64,000 nucleotides of DNA from Nostoc sp. DedSLP01 (GTDB taxonomy: Bacteria > Cyanobacteriota > Cyanobacteriia > Cyanobacteriales > Nostocaceae): the NCBI GenBank assembly GCA_034530875.2, contig JAVRCJ020000029.1, forward strand, positions 1-64,000, read 5' to 3'. The stretch's first letter is position 1. Each line of letters opens with the position of its first letter. Of this stretch, positions 39,701 through 50,583 are shown in pieces. The notes under the pieces were generated by a model. That model saw only the letters and a list, made by a program, of their open reading frames with translations, was not told the DNA's origin and searched no databases. Made by a program: the position numbers and the translations under genes.

Positions 39701-41682
39701 CTGGAATGTGCGTACTGCTCGTAGTCCGGGGACGGGTACTAGGAGCTATGAGTTTAGTATCTTCTGGCAATCGTCGCTACGATGCTCAAAGCTTAATGTT
39801 AGCTGAAGAATTGGCAAGGCGTGCAGCGATCGCCCTTGATAACGCCCGACTCTACACCCAAACACAGCAATCTCAACTAGCAGCCGAACAAGCCGCATCT
39901 CGGACTGCGCGTTTGCAAGCCATTACCGCCGCCCTTTCTGAATCTATAACTCCGGCACAAGTGGCTGAAGTAATTGTCGAACAAGGTATGGCCGCTTTGG
40001 GAGCTAGTTGTGCTTTAGTAGCGCTACTGATTAACAACGGCACAGAACTAGAAATTATCCGTGCAGTTGGTTACGAACAAGAAGCAGTAGATTCATGGCG
40101 TCGATTCTCGATTAATACAGCCGCACCCCTGGCACAAGCAGTACGAACTAAACAACCTGTTTGGCAAGAGTCAACAGCAGCAAGAGTGGCTCGTTACTCA
40201 CATTTGGCTCAAGAATATGCTCAGCATAATTACGGTGCTTGGATTTCGCTGCCATTAACGATTGAGGGACGCGCCATCGGCGGAATGACCCTAGCTTTCG
40301 ATGAAAATCAAGAGTTGAGCCAAGATGACCGCGCCTTTATCTTGGCACTAACACAGCAGTGCGCTCAAGCAATGGAACGTGCGCGTTTATACGCAGCCGA
40401 GCAGACTGCAAGAGAAGCAGCAGAAAACGCCAATCGTATTAAAGACGAGTTTTTGGCGGTTCTTTCTCATGAATTGCGATCGCCACTCAATCCAATTCTC
40501 GGATGGTCAAAGTTACTCCAAAGCAGAAAACTTGATGAAAAAACAATTCCTCAAGCCCTGAAGAGTATCGAACGCAATGCCAAATTACAAGCTCAATTAA
40601 TAGAAGACTTGCTAGATATTTCCCGAATTTTGCAAGGTAAACTCAGCTTAAATATCGAGCCAGTTGATTTAACATCTGTAATCTCCGCAGCAATGGAAAC
40701 AGTGCGGCTATCAGCAGAAGCCAAATCAATCCAAATGCACATCAGCCTGGAACCAAACCTGGGACAAGTTTTAGGCGACTCCGGCAGATTGCAGCAAGTC
40801 GTTTGGAATCTGCTTTCCAACGCCGTGAAATTTACGCCAGAAGGTGGACGAGTTGATATTCGACTCGAAGCAGTGGGGAAATGGGGAGCAGGGGAGCAGG
40901 GGAAACAAGGAAGTGTGGGGAGTGTGGGGAGTGTGGGGAGAGAGGGAGGAAAGATTTCTTCCCCATCCTCCCACACCTCCCCGCTTGCCCCTCTGCCTCT
41001 TCTGTCCCACGCTCAAATCACCGTCAGCGATACAGGCAAAGGCATCGACCCGAATTTTGTGCCATTCGTGTTTGAATATTTTCGTCAAGAAAATAGCAGC
41101 ACTACCAGAAAATTTGGTGGATTGGGGTTAGGATTAGCGATCGTGCGTCACTTAGTGGAACTGCATGGCGGCACAGTCCAGGTAGAAAGTCAAGGCGAAA
41201 ATTGCGGGGCAACTTTTACTGTGAGACTACCGCTGCTGCAACAGCCATCGGAGAGTAAACTAGACACTGGCGACTTTGAGTCATCCTCAAATTTAAATAA
41301 TGTGAAAATTTTAGTAGTGGATGATGATGCCGATACGCGAGAATTCATTGCCTTTTTGTTAGAGCAATATGGCGCAAATGTGACAGTGGTAGCATCAGCA
41401 GATGAAGCATTAGCCGCCTTAAGCCAATCACTGCCAGATTTGCTGTTAAGCGATATTGGAATGCCAGAAGTAGATGGGTGTATGTTTATGCGAAAGTTGA
41501 GAACGCTATCGCCAGAACAGGGAGGACAAATTCCAGCGATCGCACTTACCGCCTATGCTGGAGAAATGAACGCCAAACAAGTACTTGCCGCCGGATTTCA
41601 CAAGCATATCGCCAAACCAGTAGAACCGGCACAATTAATAGAAGCGATCGCTAACTTAATTGAATTGTTTCTTAAAAAATAG
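36748..41682 (+). CDS. Multi-PAS/GAF hybrid histidine kinase
   Basis: PAS repeats, GAF domains, SHELRSPL, NAVKFT, GLGLGL, receiver domain. Confidence 0.95.
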   Translation: MTAEIQAIIPENVEEILAHLSDAFFILDREWRYTYVNEKLVQLAQMKKEDFLGKRIWDLFPNTVNTILYTELHRAVAEQIRVNFEYLDPTWHCWLENRVYPEENSVSILITDITEEKRNQQLLLAHHKVTQILAESTNFANAIPRLIQSLCETLGWQVGIFWSVDQENNVLHRLSSWHSSDLNVENSRVFNQPATLALGEGLAGQAWANGQPVWICKLDRDENFFPAAIELPIAVGNKILGAMEFFTNEILLPDLDLLQKMSAIATQIGQFIEQQRIKSLLQATQETSRRILAGGNVEIFHQDFVLANNLTDDFNTQEVMGLQQCLTEQQTVLRHRHLVEENLRYSEARYHSLAQASASIIWRTAPWGNVVDEIPNWQTFTGQTLEEYKGWGWVNALHPEDRTSVVAIWRQAFYGRKVAFAEYRVRRHDGEYRYMAIRSVPILNETEEIIEWVGMCVDITERKQAESEREQLLTLIKTEQNRLLEVNVLLDTIFNNAPIGIGVWDEKLRYVRLNQALAEINGLSQEAHIGKTVAELLPGIHAEVTEAFRHVVETGESISQETSGETPAAPGKQRYWSVNYYPIHLPGNITWVGAICEEITERKQAEAEREELLQREYLARVEAENAKEQITTILQSIADGFLAFDTEWRFTYLNHEGSRTLGRSREDLLGKNLWQEFPELADTSFGQLYQSAVALGVPLELEDYYPPFNAWFAVRAYPSSTGLSLYFRNINVRKRAEAALTESEARFRLLAENSTDIISRTTVDGIFLYLSPACYTVLGYQPEELVGRDGGELVHPEDLAEISQNYPINADLPDIYTITYRTCHKHGHYIWLETTVRAIRDRQTQEILEMQASSRDITERKQVEDKQRFLAGASEILAASLDYETTLATLARLAVPTIADWCVVDMIGEDKSIHRVAIAHADPAKQELIEQLQNYPPDLSQTQGVAEVIRSGKSLIINFVSQEQIQAVTSNPIHLKILQQLNPQSGMCVLLVVRGRVLGAMSLVSSGNRRYDAQSLMLAEELARRAAIALDNARLYTQTQQSQLAAEQAASRTARLQAITAALSESITPAQVAEVIVEQGMAALGASCALVALLINNGTELEIIRAVGYEQEAVDSWRRFSINTAAPLAQAVRTKQPVWQESTAARVARYSHLAQEYAQHNYGAWISLPLTIEGRAIGGMTLAFDENQELSQDDRAFILALTQQCAQAMERARLYAAEQTAREAAENANRIKDEFLAVLSHELRSPLNPILGWSKLLQSRKLDEKTIPQALKSIERNAKLQAQLIEDLLDISRILQGKLSLNIEPVDLTSVISAAMETVRLSAEAKSIQMHISLEPNLGQVLGDSGRLQQVVWNLLSNAVKFTPEGGRVDIRLEAVGKWGAGEQGKQGSVGSVGSVGREGGKISSPSSHTSPLAPLPLLSHAQITVSDTGKGIDPNFVPFVFEYFRQENSSTTRKFGGLGLGLAIVRHLVELHGGTVQVESQGENCGATFTVRLPLLQQPSESKLDTGDFESSSNLNNVKILVVDDDADTREFIAFLLEQYGANVTVVASADEALAALSQSLPDLLLSDIGMPEVDGCMFMRKLRTLSPEQGGQIPAIALTAYAGEMNAKQVLAAGFHKHIAKPVEPAQLIEAIANLIELFLKK

Positions 41683-43153
41683 GAATTTCTATAGTAAACT
41701 CTGTTCCTTGTGACGGCAAAGAAATACAGTGTAATTGACCGCCATGCTTTTCTGCCACAATTTGCTGACTTATTGATAATCCCATACCAGTGCCTTTACC
41801 TACAGGTTTGGTGGTGAAAAAAGAGTTAAAAATTTTAGAGCGAACATTCTCTGTCATTCCAACACCATTATCAGCAATTGATATCCTGATGTAATCGTTT
41901 TCAAATGTTTCTGTATGAATTGAAATTTGCGGCGGACGAGTGAGAAAATCTTTAGCGCTACCAACCTCTTCCACAGCATCAATGGCATTAGCCAATAGAT
42001 TCATAAAAACTTGATTTAGCTGACCAGCATAACATTTTACTAACGGCAATTCACCGTATTTCTTAATCACCTCAATGGCTGGACGTTCCGAGTTAGCTTT
42101 TAATCGATGCTGCAATATCATTAATGTACTATCAATGCCTTCATGAATATCATAAGGCTTCTTCTCCGTATCATCTAAACGAGAGAATTTCCTTAAAGAT
42201 AAAACAATCTGGCGAATGCGATCGGCTCCTACTTGCATTGAAGAAAGCAACTTTGGCAAATCGGAAATTAAAAACGGTAAGTCTATCTCTTCAATTTGAT
42301 TGGTAATTTCTGGTGCAGGATTTGGATAGTGTAATTCGTAAAGTTCTAGTAATTGAATTAATTGCTGAATATATTCCTGCGTCGGTAAGAGATTCCCATA
42401 AAGAAAATTCACCGGATTATTAATTTCATGAGCTATACCTGCAACCAGTTGTCCTAAACTAGACATTTTTTCACTTTGTACTAACTGCAATTGAGTATTT
42501 TGTAGAGCTTTTAGAGAATTTTCTAAATCAATTGCTTTTTCTCTTTCTCTTTGTTCGCTATCACGCAGTGCAACTTCTATTCTTTGACATCGCTCGATTT
42601 CTGACTGCAATTTTTGACTTAAAGAATAACTCCTTAAAGCCGTTAACATCGTAGCGTATAACTTTTGGCTCGTTAATTCAGTTTTGGTTTTATAATCATT
42701 AATATCATAATTAAAAATAATTTCCTTTTCTGGTACGTGGCCTGGTTGTCCAGTACGTAAAATAATTCGTACTAATTGATTGCCTAATACTTCCCGAGCA
42801 TATTTGACAAATTCTAGTCCCGCATTATCTGTTTCCATAATTACATCTAAGAGAATTATGGCGATATCCGAATTTTCTGCAAATATCTGTTTAGCTTGGC
42901 TAGCTGAGTAAGCATTCAAAAAAGCTAAAGATTTTTGTTCAAAAATAAAGTTAGTCAGTGCAATATTAGTAGCAGTATGAACTTCAGATTCATCATCTAC
43001 AATTAAAATTTTCCAGCTTTCAGCAGGTAATTCTTCATCTATCTCAGCAGCAAATACTAACTCGTCATTTAAATGAGTCAAATTTTCAGTCTCTGATGCA
43101 GCCAAATCACAAAATAAGTTTTTTTCAATAAAGTTGAAATTGTTTTGTAACAT
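41672..43153 (-). CDS. Receiver + histidine kinase hybrid
   Basis: ILIVDDE, LLDVIME, AHEINNP, GTGMGL. Confidence 0.93.
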   Translation of the reverse strand: MLQNNFNFIEKNLFCDLAASETENLTHLNDELVFAAEIDEELPAESWKILIVDDESEVHTATNIALTNFIFEQKSLAFLNAYSASQAKQIFAENSDIAIILLDVIMETDNAGLEFVKYAREVLGNQLVRIILRTGQPGHVPEKEIIFNYDINDYKTKTELTSQKLYATMLTALRSYSLSQKLQSEIERCQRIEVALRDSEQREREKAIDLENSLKALQNTQLQLVQSEKMSSLGQLVAGIAHEINNPVNFLYGNLLPTQEYIQQLIQLLELYELHYPNPAPEITNQIEEIDLPFLISDLPKLLSSMQVGADRIRQIVLSLRKFSRLDDTEKKPYDIHEGIDSTLMILQHRLKANSERPAIEVIKKYGELPLVKCYAGQLNQVFMNLLANAIDAVEEVGSAKDFLTRPPQISIHTETFENDYIRISIADNGVGMTENVRSKIFNSFFTTKPVGKGTGMGLSISQQIVAEKHGGQLHCISLPSQGTEFTIEIPIF

Positions 43154-43264
43154 AAAGTTCGTATCCTATAAAAATTAATGACAGTTATTTATTGATTTAA
43201 TTGCTTGGAAGGAGTTTAATATTAATTCTCCTTCCACAAATAGTTTATAAATTAAATATAATTT

Positions 43265-46200
43265 CTATAAACGCATAGGAAATTTAATCATAAACTTGCT
43301 TCCTTTGCCCAACTCACTTTCGCACTCAATTTCGCCTTTAAGCTTTTGGGTAACTAAGTTATAAACAAGATTTAACCCTAATCCGCTGCCTCCTTGACTG
43401 CGTTTGGTAGTAAAGAAAGGGTCAAAAATCTTAGTTAAATTTTCCGCAGCAATACCTTTACCATCATCGGCATATTCTATATGTAGTTGTTGGTCAATTT
43501 GTTGGAATTTAAAAATCAGTTTTCCAGAATCTTCAGGTTCGTAAGCATGAGTTAAAGAATTCATCAGCAAATTAGTAACAATTTGTGACAGCGCCCCAGG
43601 ATAAGAGTCTAAAGTAATATTATCTTCTCCATAAATTTCAATTTTATGTTTACTTGTTTTTAATTTCGGTCTCAATTGTATTAAAATCTCATTGAGATAA
43701 TTTTTAAAATTAAACACGCGTTGCACCTCGCTAGACTGATCTACCGCTACTTGTTTAAAGCTTTGAATTAATTCTGCTGCTCGATTTAAGTTAATTAAAA
43801 GCGTATTCCCGCTTTGTACAGTTAAATCGAAAAACTTTTCTAAGTCAGAGCGTTTCATCGCCCCACTCTGATATTTAGAACAGAACTCTGAAGTATGTTC
43901 TACTAAAGCGGAAGCAACAGTAACACCAATTCCTACCGGGGTATTAATTTCATGAGCAACTCCAGCAACTAATCCTCCTAGCGATGCCATTTTTTCAGCT
44001 TCTACAAGCTTACTTTGCGTTGCTTTTAAATTAATCAACGTTTCCGATAATTCTTGAGTACGTTTAGTGACTAGTTCTTCTAAGTTTTGATTGAACTCTT
44101 GCAAATTTTTGTAGAGTTGAGCATTTTCAATGGCAATGGCAATTTGACCGGATAATATTCTTAAAATCTCTAGTCTATCTGTAGTAAATGCTCCTTCAGT
44201 CAGATTATTTTCTAAATAAAGAATTCCAGCAATTTTCCCTTGATAAACTAAAGGCGTGCAAAGAATAGATTTAGGTTGAGTAGCTACAATATAAGAGTCA
44301 GAAATAAACTGTCCCTCGTGAGTAGCATTGTTTAAAACTACATTTTCTTGAGTGTGAATTACATAGTTAATAATAGCATCTGAAAGTTTTAGTTTTTCTT
44401 GAGAATCTGTTTTTAAACTGACAGGAATTGATTGCAGTACAGTGACATCATCGCTAATTACTGTACCTTCAGCTTCAATGAGCCAATTACCTTGTTTTTC
44501 TAAAATTAAACAACCTCTTTGAGCGCCAGCATTTTCAATCACTATTCTCATTAATCTAGCCAGTAAATTGCTCAAAACTATTTCACCAGAAATAGCTTGT
44601 GCCGCTTTCATAACTGTAGCTAAATCTAGGGTGACTCCCATACTAGTAGTAGTAGAAGCAGTTGTAAGTTCGATATCTTTAATTTTTGTAGTTGTCTTGG
44701 CTACTTCTTTAAGCAACAACTTCGGATATTTTGTTTCTAAATCTTTGACTTTACCGAAAGCTCCCCAAAGCCGATAGCTGTAGTGAGCTTTTATGATATA
44801 ACTTTTGGCAAAGTCTTCTTTATTTTTTGATAACCAAAATTTAGCTGCAAGTTCATTTGCTAAAGCTTCATCTTGGATAAATTCATGCTCTCTTGCTGAG
44901 GCGATCGCTTTATCATACAATTCCATTGCTTCCAAAATCTTACCAGAAATTCTCGCAATTTCTGCTTCTACTAACAAATACTTGTGCCAGAAATTTTCTG
45001 GACATTGTTCTGCCCATTTTTTGATTTTTGTTTGATTATCTGCTAATACTTGCCGAGATTTTTCTTGCTCAGATTGCGATTGCGAGGGATAAAGTGAAGT
45101 GAGAATTAATGAAGAATAAAAATAATGATGAGAGCTAGAAATATGTCCCATCAAATAATCAAGTATTTCTCCAGCCGAACTTGACCATTTTTGTGCCTCC
45201 TGATACTGCTCGTAACTATAAAGAACCTGGGATTTCAAAACATGGTATTCGCAAATGGCTGCCATACTCTTATGTTGATGAAACATTTCTAGATATTGAG
45301 AATCTCGTAATTCGTCTGTTTCTCCTATCAAATTTAATACAGCTAATTTGTTAGCCAAAATAATATCAGCAGCCCATTGATTTTGAGTTTTTTCACAGAA
45401 TAAAATAAAATTAGATATTTCTTGTAAAAGAAGCTCCAAATTTAGCCCTTGGAAGAAAAGGGTTATCGTTTGAAACATTCGATTATATCCCGACCATTGC
45501 AAATTTCCAGATTGCAGCCCAATTTTATAACCTTCGTTATTAATATCAACAGTAGTTTTAATATGATTCATCCAACAATTTAAATAGTTGGCAAAAATTA
45601 CACTATCTTGACACTTTTGAGCTAAATTATTTGTCAATTCGCTCAATTTCAAAGATAGCAGTCCAAATTCATATCCAGACTGGGAATCTTCTAACATGCA
45701 ACTCAGCATAATGCCGTAGCAAGAGTAACAATAAGAGCCACCAGCCACAAAACCATATTTAAAAGACAGGTTAATTGCTTTAATAACAGTAATTTTCCAT
45801 AAAGCTTGATAAGAGAAAAACGTCAGCGGCCCCATGTGACCTAATACTTTTAATGCCACTTTTTGTTTGGGAGATTTCATTTTCTCTTCATTAATTAATG
45901 AAGCAATTTGTTTCTCTCCTAAATAGGCTTTAGCTTCGGCTATTTCACCAGGAAGTGCTGCTTCTAAATCTTCTACTTTTTCTGGCAAATTAATTCCTAG
46001 TAATCCCAGTGCTTCCCGTCCAGCTTGAATTGCCTCTTCATATTTAGTTAGCAAGGTATACTGGACAATCAGAATATTATAAACTTCCGCTTTTTCAATC
46101 GCTGATTGTGCTTGAGTTAATATTAATCTGATTAATGCCTCAGATTGTTCAAAATTTCCATTTAAATATTCAATTTCTGCTCGTTCTTTATATGTTTTGA

Positions 46201-48580
46201 AAGTCAAATTATAATTTTGCGTCCATGTATCCGCAGTTAAACAATCCATAGCTGCAATTAAATACTCTCTAGCAGCAGCATAAGCCATTGAGTCTTTAGC
46301 TTTTTTACCTGCAATTAAGTTTAAATCCGCTAATTCAGCCTTTTGACTTAAATCTTTAATTAATTGAACTCCGCTATTAAGATGATTGACAATATCAAAT
46401 ATCTTTTCTTCAAGTTCGGTAGCAGTAGTATTTTGAAATAAGAGTTGACCAATTTTAAGATGAACTTGTTTTTTATTTTTTTCGAGAATGAGTGCGTAAG
46501 CTGCCTGTTGCACGCGGTCATGTAAAAATCTAAAACTGAAAATTACCAGATGAGCGTTAATTACTTCATCTGGTGTAATTTCTAAGTCAGAAATAGGTAA
46601 AATTAATCCTTCTTGAATTGCTGGTAAAAGGTTTTGAAAAGCTGCTGATACTGATTTTTCGCTAATAATAGAGAGGGTATGTAAATCAAATGTATTGCCC
46701 ACACAAGCAGCTAACTGTAAAACTTGCTGTGTTGCTTCAGGGAATTTCCTTAATTTTCCAATCATTAACTCCACAACATTATCAGTAATATCTATTGCTT
46801 CAATATTTGATATATTCCATTCCCATAAAGCTTTAGTGTTTGCCAATGGAGGTTGAAAAGTCAACAGATCTTCTTGATATAAAGTTTTGAGAAATTGATT
46901 GACAAAGAAAGGATTTCCAGAAGTTTTACGTATGACTAATTCAGCTAAAGGTTGAATGCTAAGAGTGTCACTGTGTAGGGTATCAGTAATTAACTCGTTA
47001 ACGTGTCTAAGTGCTAAAGGAACTAAAGTAATATCGTTAATAATAGCTGCTTGAGAACGCAGCGAATCAAGAGTCATTACCAATGCATGTCTAGGATCGA
47101 CTTCATTATCTCGATATGCTCCAATTAAAAACAGATAATGGGTTTCTTCGTCAGTCATCATTACTTCTAGCAACTTTAATGTAGCTAAATCAGCCCACTG
47201 TAAATCATCTAAAAAAATCACTAGAGGATGTTCTAGCGAACAAAACACGCGGATAAAATTTTGGAAAACTAAATTAAAACGATTTTGAGCTTCTGAACCT
47301 CCTAGTTCTTGTACGGGAGGTTGTTTACCAATTACCAGTTCCACTTCAGGTATCACATCAATAATTAGCTGACCATTAGCACCAAGAGCGTTGGAAAGTT
47401 TTTGTTGCCATTGATTTAGTTTTTCTTGACTTTCAGTTAATAGTTGCCTAACTAATGACTGAAAGGCTTTCACTACAGCTGAGTAAGGAATATTACGTTG
47501 AAACTGGTCAAATTTGCCAGAAATAAAATATCCTTTGGCTTTAGTAATGGGTTTATAAATTTCTTGCACTAATGCTGATTTTCCAATGCCAGAATATCCT
47601 GACACTAAAATCATTTCTTTTTTGCCAGTACTAATTCGTTCAAAAGCTGCTAGTAGGGTAGCAACTTCTTGTTCTCGACCATAGAGTTTTTGCGGAATTT
47701 GAAATTTACTCGAAATGTCTTGTTCTGCAAGTTTAAAATCAGCAATATAACCTTGAGTTTGTAATTGTTTTAAGCAAATTTCTAAATCAGCAATAATTCC
47801 CCAACTTGTTTGATATCTTTCTTCCACTGTTTTGGCTAACAGCTTCATCACAATCTCTGAAATGGGTTTAGGTATTGCTGGATTAATTTCATGTGGTGAA
47901 ACTGCTTGTTTAGCAATGTGGCAATGGACTAACTCCATTGCATCAGTATGGTTACAGGGTAGTTGTTGTGTTAGTAATTCATAAAAAGTTACGCCAAGTG
48001 AATAAAAATCCGTGCGATAATCCATTGCTCGGTTCATTCTGCCTGTTTGTTCTGGCGAAATGTAGGCAATAGTTCCTTCTAAAACATTAGGATTTTTAAT
48101 CGTGGGATTTTCATGAGTTAATACAGTTGAAATACCAAAATCTATAATTTTGATTTGAGATGTAGTTGAATTAATAACAATATTGCCAGGGTTAATATCT
48201 TTATGAATAATATTTTTTTGATGGATTTTGCCTAAGGCTTTAGTAATTGCGATCGCCAACAATAAAAATTCTGGTAACATCAATTTTTGATGATTAATTA
48301 GAGATTTTAAAGACTCACCGCCAAAATCCTCTAATATCATTACTAGGCTGTTTTCATATTTTTCTAAACTGTAAACCTTAATAACTCCATCTAAGTCTAA
48401 GTTTTTCGTGATTTCGTATTCTTGCTTATATCTCACTAATGCTGAGGGAGTAGGATAGTCTTGTTTTAAAAATTTGAGAATTACAGGTTGACTATCTTGG
48501 TCTCTGTATCCTCGATAAACTGAAGAATTATTGCTTTCGTAGATTTGATTAAAAATTGTATAGCCAGGTAAAGTTAACAT
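43265..48580 (-). CDS. Ser/Thr kinase-AAA-GAF-His kinase (HstK-type)
   Basis: HKDINPGN, DFG, GYSGIGKS, HDRVQQAAY, AHEINTP. Confidence 0.95.
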   Translation of the reverse strand: MLTLPGYTIFNQIYESNNSSVYRGYRDQDSQPVILKFLKQDYPTPSALVRYKQEYEITKNLDLDGVIKVYSLEKYENSLVMILEDFGGESLKSLINHQKLMLPEFLLLAIAITKALGKIHQKNIIHKDINPGNIVINSTTSQIKIIDFGISTVLTHENPTIKNPNVLEGTIAYISPEQTGRMNRAMDYRTDFYSLGVTFYELLTQQLPCNHTDAMELVHCHIAKQAVSPHEINPAIPKPISEIVMKLLAKTVEERYQTSWGIIADLEICLKQLQTQGYIADFKLAEQDISSKFQIPQKLYGREQEVATLLAAFERISTGKKEMILVSGYSGIGKSALVQEIYKPITKAKGYFISGKFDQFQRNIPYSAVVKAFQSLVRQLLTESQEKLNQWQQKLSNALGANGQLIIDVIPEVELVIGKQPPVQELGGSEAQNRFNLVFQNFIRVFCSLEHPLVIFLDDLQWADLATLKLLEVMMTDEETHYLFLIGAYRDNEVDPRHALVMTLDSLRSQAAIINDITLVPLALRHVNELITDTLHSDTLSIQPLAELVIRKTSGNPFFVNQFLKTLYQEDLLTFQPPLANTKALWEWNISNIEAIDITDNVVELMIGKLRKFPEATQQVLQLAACVGNTFDLHTLSIISEKSVSAAFQNLLPAIQEGLILPISDLEITPDEVINAHLVIFSFRFLHDRVQQAAYALILEKNKKQVHLKIGQLLFQNTTATELEEKIFDIVNHLNSGVQLIKDLSQKAELADLNLIAGKKAKDSMAYAAAREYLIAAMDCLTADTWTQNYNLTFKTYKERAEIEYLNGNFEQSEALIRLILTQAQSAIEKAEVYNILIVQYTLLTKYEEAIQAGREALGLLGINLPEKVEDLEAALPGEIAEAKAYLGEKQIASLINEEKMKSPKQKVALKVLGHMGPLTFFSYQALWKITVIKAINLSFKYGFVAGGSYCYSCYGIMLSCMLEDSQSGYEFGLLSLKLSELTNNLAQKCQDSVIFANYLNCWMNHIKTTVDINNEGYKIGLQSGNLQWSGYNRMFQTITLFFQGLNLELLLQEISNFILFCEKTQNQWAADIILANKLAVLNLIGETDELRDSQYLEMFHQHKSMAAICEYHVLKSQVLYSYEQYQEAQKWSSSAGEILDYLMGHISSSHHYFYSSLILTSLYPSQSQSEQEKSRQVLADNQTKIKKWAEQCPENFWHKYLLVEAEIARISGKILEAMELYDKAIASAREHEFIQDEALANELAAKFWLSKNKEDFAKSYIIKAHYSYRLWGAFGKVKDLETKYPKLLLKEVAKTTTKIKDIELTTASTTTSMGVTLDLATVMKAAQAISGEIVLSNLLARLMRIVIENAGAQRGCLILEKQGNWLIEAEGTVISDDVTVLQSIPVSLKTDSQEKLKLSDAIINYVIHTQENVVLNNATHEGQFISDSYIVATQPKSILCTPLVYQGKIAGILYLENNLTEGAFTTDRLEILRILSGQIAIAIENAQLYKNLQEFNQNLEELVTKRTQELSETLINLKATQSKLVEAEKMASLGGLVAGVAHEINTPVGIGVTVASALVEHTSEFCSKYQSGAMKRSDLEKFFDLTVQSGNTLLINLNRAAELIQSFKQVAVDQSSEVQRVFNFKNYLNEILIQLRPKLKTSKHKIEIYGEDNITLDSYPGALSQIVTNLLMNSLTHAYEPEDSGKLIFKFQQIDQQLHIEYADDGKGIAAENLTKIFDPFFTTKRSQGGSGLGLNLVYNLVTQKLKGEIECESELGKGSKFMIKFPMRL

Positions 48581-49051
48581 AGTTATCCTAAATTTGCCTA
48601 GTTGTTATATAGGTACGAAATGGGAAATATTAATTCTTAGCTACAGCAAAAGCTATTAGCGTGGTTCTAACGCCAACAGGATCGACCTAAAATTTTTAGC
48701 TAAATTCAGCCTTACCAATTTGCTGGAGTAAGTCGAGCCAAATTAGCAAAATAAGAAGTCCTTTTGTTCTTTTACTAAAGTGCCCATAAGTTTAAGAAAT
48801 AATTAAAATCTCAACAAAACTAAATATTTAATTAATAAATAACTCTTATGAAATTTTAATAAATGTTAAGAGCAGCGATCTTGGAAAAGCTGTTGCTTGT
48901 TTCCATACATTCCAAGGAGCTTACAAAAAATAAATTATCCCAAATTATTTGTACATACCTCTGGCGTTTCAAGTAAATAAGGTACAAGAGTAAAATACAA
49001 AATTACAGTAGAGACGTTACATCTAAGGTCTGTACTGTAATTTTTGATAAT

Positions 49052-49750
49052 TTAGTTCGTCAAAGTAACAAAATACTCTAAAATTTTAGACATTGCAGTG
49101 TTTATATTGCTAAAATCATCATCTTGTGTCAGCATTTCTTCGGGTTTCTGAATATATTTACCTGGAACTAATTCGGAAGCGCAATTTTCTATAATTTGCC
49201 GAACACTGTCTGGGGTTGATTCTAGATGAAATTGCAAGCCTAATACTCTATCTCCATAAATGAAAGCTTGATTCGCACATCCTTGACTATAGGCTAGCCG
49301 TACAGCACCCATAGGTAAATCAAAAGTATCACCATGCCAATGAAACACAGTAAAAGTTGCAGGTAATGAAGCAAAAACCCTAGATTTTTGTGCTTCTGTT
49401 GTTATTTCAATAGGATACCAACCTATTTCTTTTTCCTGGCCTGGATAAACCTTAGAACCTAAAACATCAGCGATTAACTGCGAACCAAGGCAAATACCAA
49501 TAACTATTTTATTTTTTTTAATTGCTTCTGCAATAAAATGTTTTTCCACAGTCAACCAAGGATATTTATCATCTTCGTAAATATTCATTGGCCCGCCCAT
49601 GATTATTAACCAATCTAGGTCATCAACAGATGGTAAAACGTCACCGTTATAAAATTTAGTTACAGAAAGAATATAATTTTTCTTTTTCGCCCACTGTTCA
49701 ATGCTGGCAAGCCCTTCAAATTGCACGTGTTGTAAGTAATGAATTCTCAT
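49052..49750 (-). CDS. Type 1 glutamine amidotransferase
   Basis: GICLG, WHGD, QFHLE. Confidence 0.92.
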   Translation of the reverse strand: MRIHYLQHVQFEGLASIEQWAKKKNYILSVTKFYNGDVLPSVDDLDWLIIMGGPMNIYEDDKYPWLTVEKHFIAEAIKKNKIVIGICLGSQLIADVLGSKVYPGQEKEIGWYPIEITTEAQKSRVFASLPATFTVFHWHGDTFDLPMGAVRLAYSQGCANQAFIYGDRVLGLQFHLESTPDSVRQIIENCASELVPGKYIQKPEEMLTQDDDFSNINTAMSKILEYFVTLTN

Positions 49751-50076
49751 TGCTGACTGCTCCGAATTGAGTTGCAGTGTGATTTTTAACATTAAATCAC
49801 AAATTGCCAGGATGCGATCGCCCTTCCTTTACTACATACCACAATTGATATTGTCTAGAGTCAAATAGCAGTAAATGATGGTGCAAATATTTTAATTTTT
49901 CTGGTCAATTTTCCACTTTTAAATCTCATAAATTTCCAATTATTGATTCTGTCATCAATCCTTTTGGAGATTTTTTTATTTAGAAGTACTTAAATAGATA
50001 TTTAACGAATTATGACAATACTATCTTGAGCAACTTGGAATAAGCGATACACTAAGAAAAATTCCTTGAGGAAACG

Positions 50077-50466
50077 TTGATGGCACGGTCAAACGGGGTT
50101 AAAAGTGAAACTTCTGCACAGGAATTGCCGACAATTTCAGACAAAGATACGGTAACAGCTGAAGAAGAACTTGAATCAGTGGAGGATGGTCAAGGCATTG
50201 ATGATATTTTAAACTCGTTAAAAAGTTTACTGAGTTCTGTAGAAAAGCTCCAAAAAGTCCGCCAAGAAGTCGGCGACATCAAACCTTTGATTGGGCGGAT
50301 GCTGGACGGAGAATTAGTTAGTGGTGAAGAACTCGAACAACTGAAGACAGGTGTGGGTAGTCTTTTTCGCCTCGTTCGCGCTTATAGCGACCATCAAGCA
50401 GCGTTGGCTAAAGCCCAACCTGCTAGAAACTTGCTAGACCAAGTACTTAAAGAGCGTAAAGCTTGA
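50077..50466 (+). CDS. Hypothetical helical protein
   Basis: Clean ORF with GAGG RBS. Confidence 0.75.
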   Translation: MMARSNGVKSETSAQELPTISDKDTVTAEEELESVEDGQGIDDILNSLKSLLSSVEKLQKVRQEVGDIKPLIGRMLDGELVSGEELEQLKTGVGSLFRLVRAYSDHQAALAKAQPARNLLDQVLKERKA

Positions 50467-50583
50467 TATTGGGTATGGGGCATTGGGTATGGGAAAAGGG
50501 AAAGGGGTAAAGGGGAAAGGTTAAATTTATCCTTTTCCCTTTTCCCTTTAACCTTTTCCCCTACCTCCCCATCTCCCCACAGA

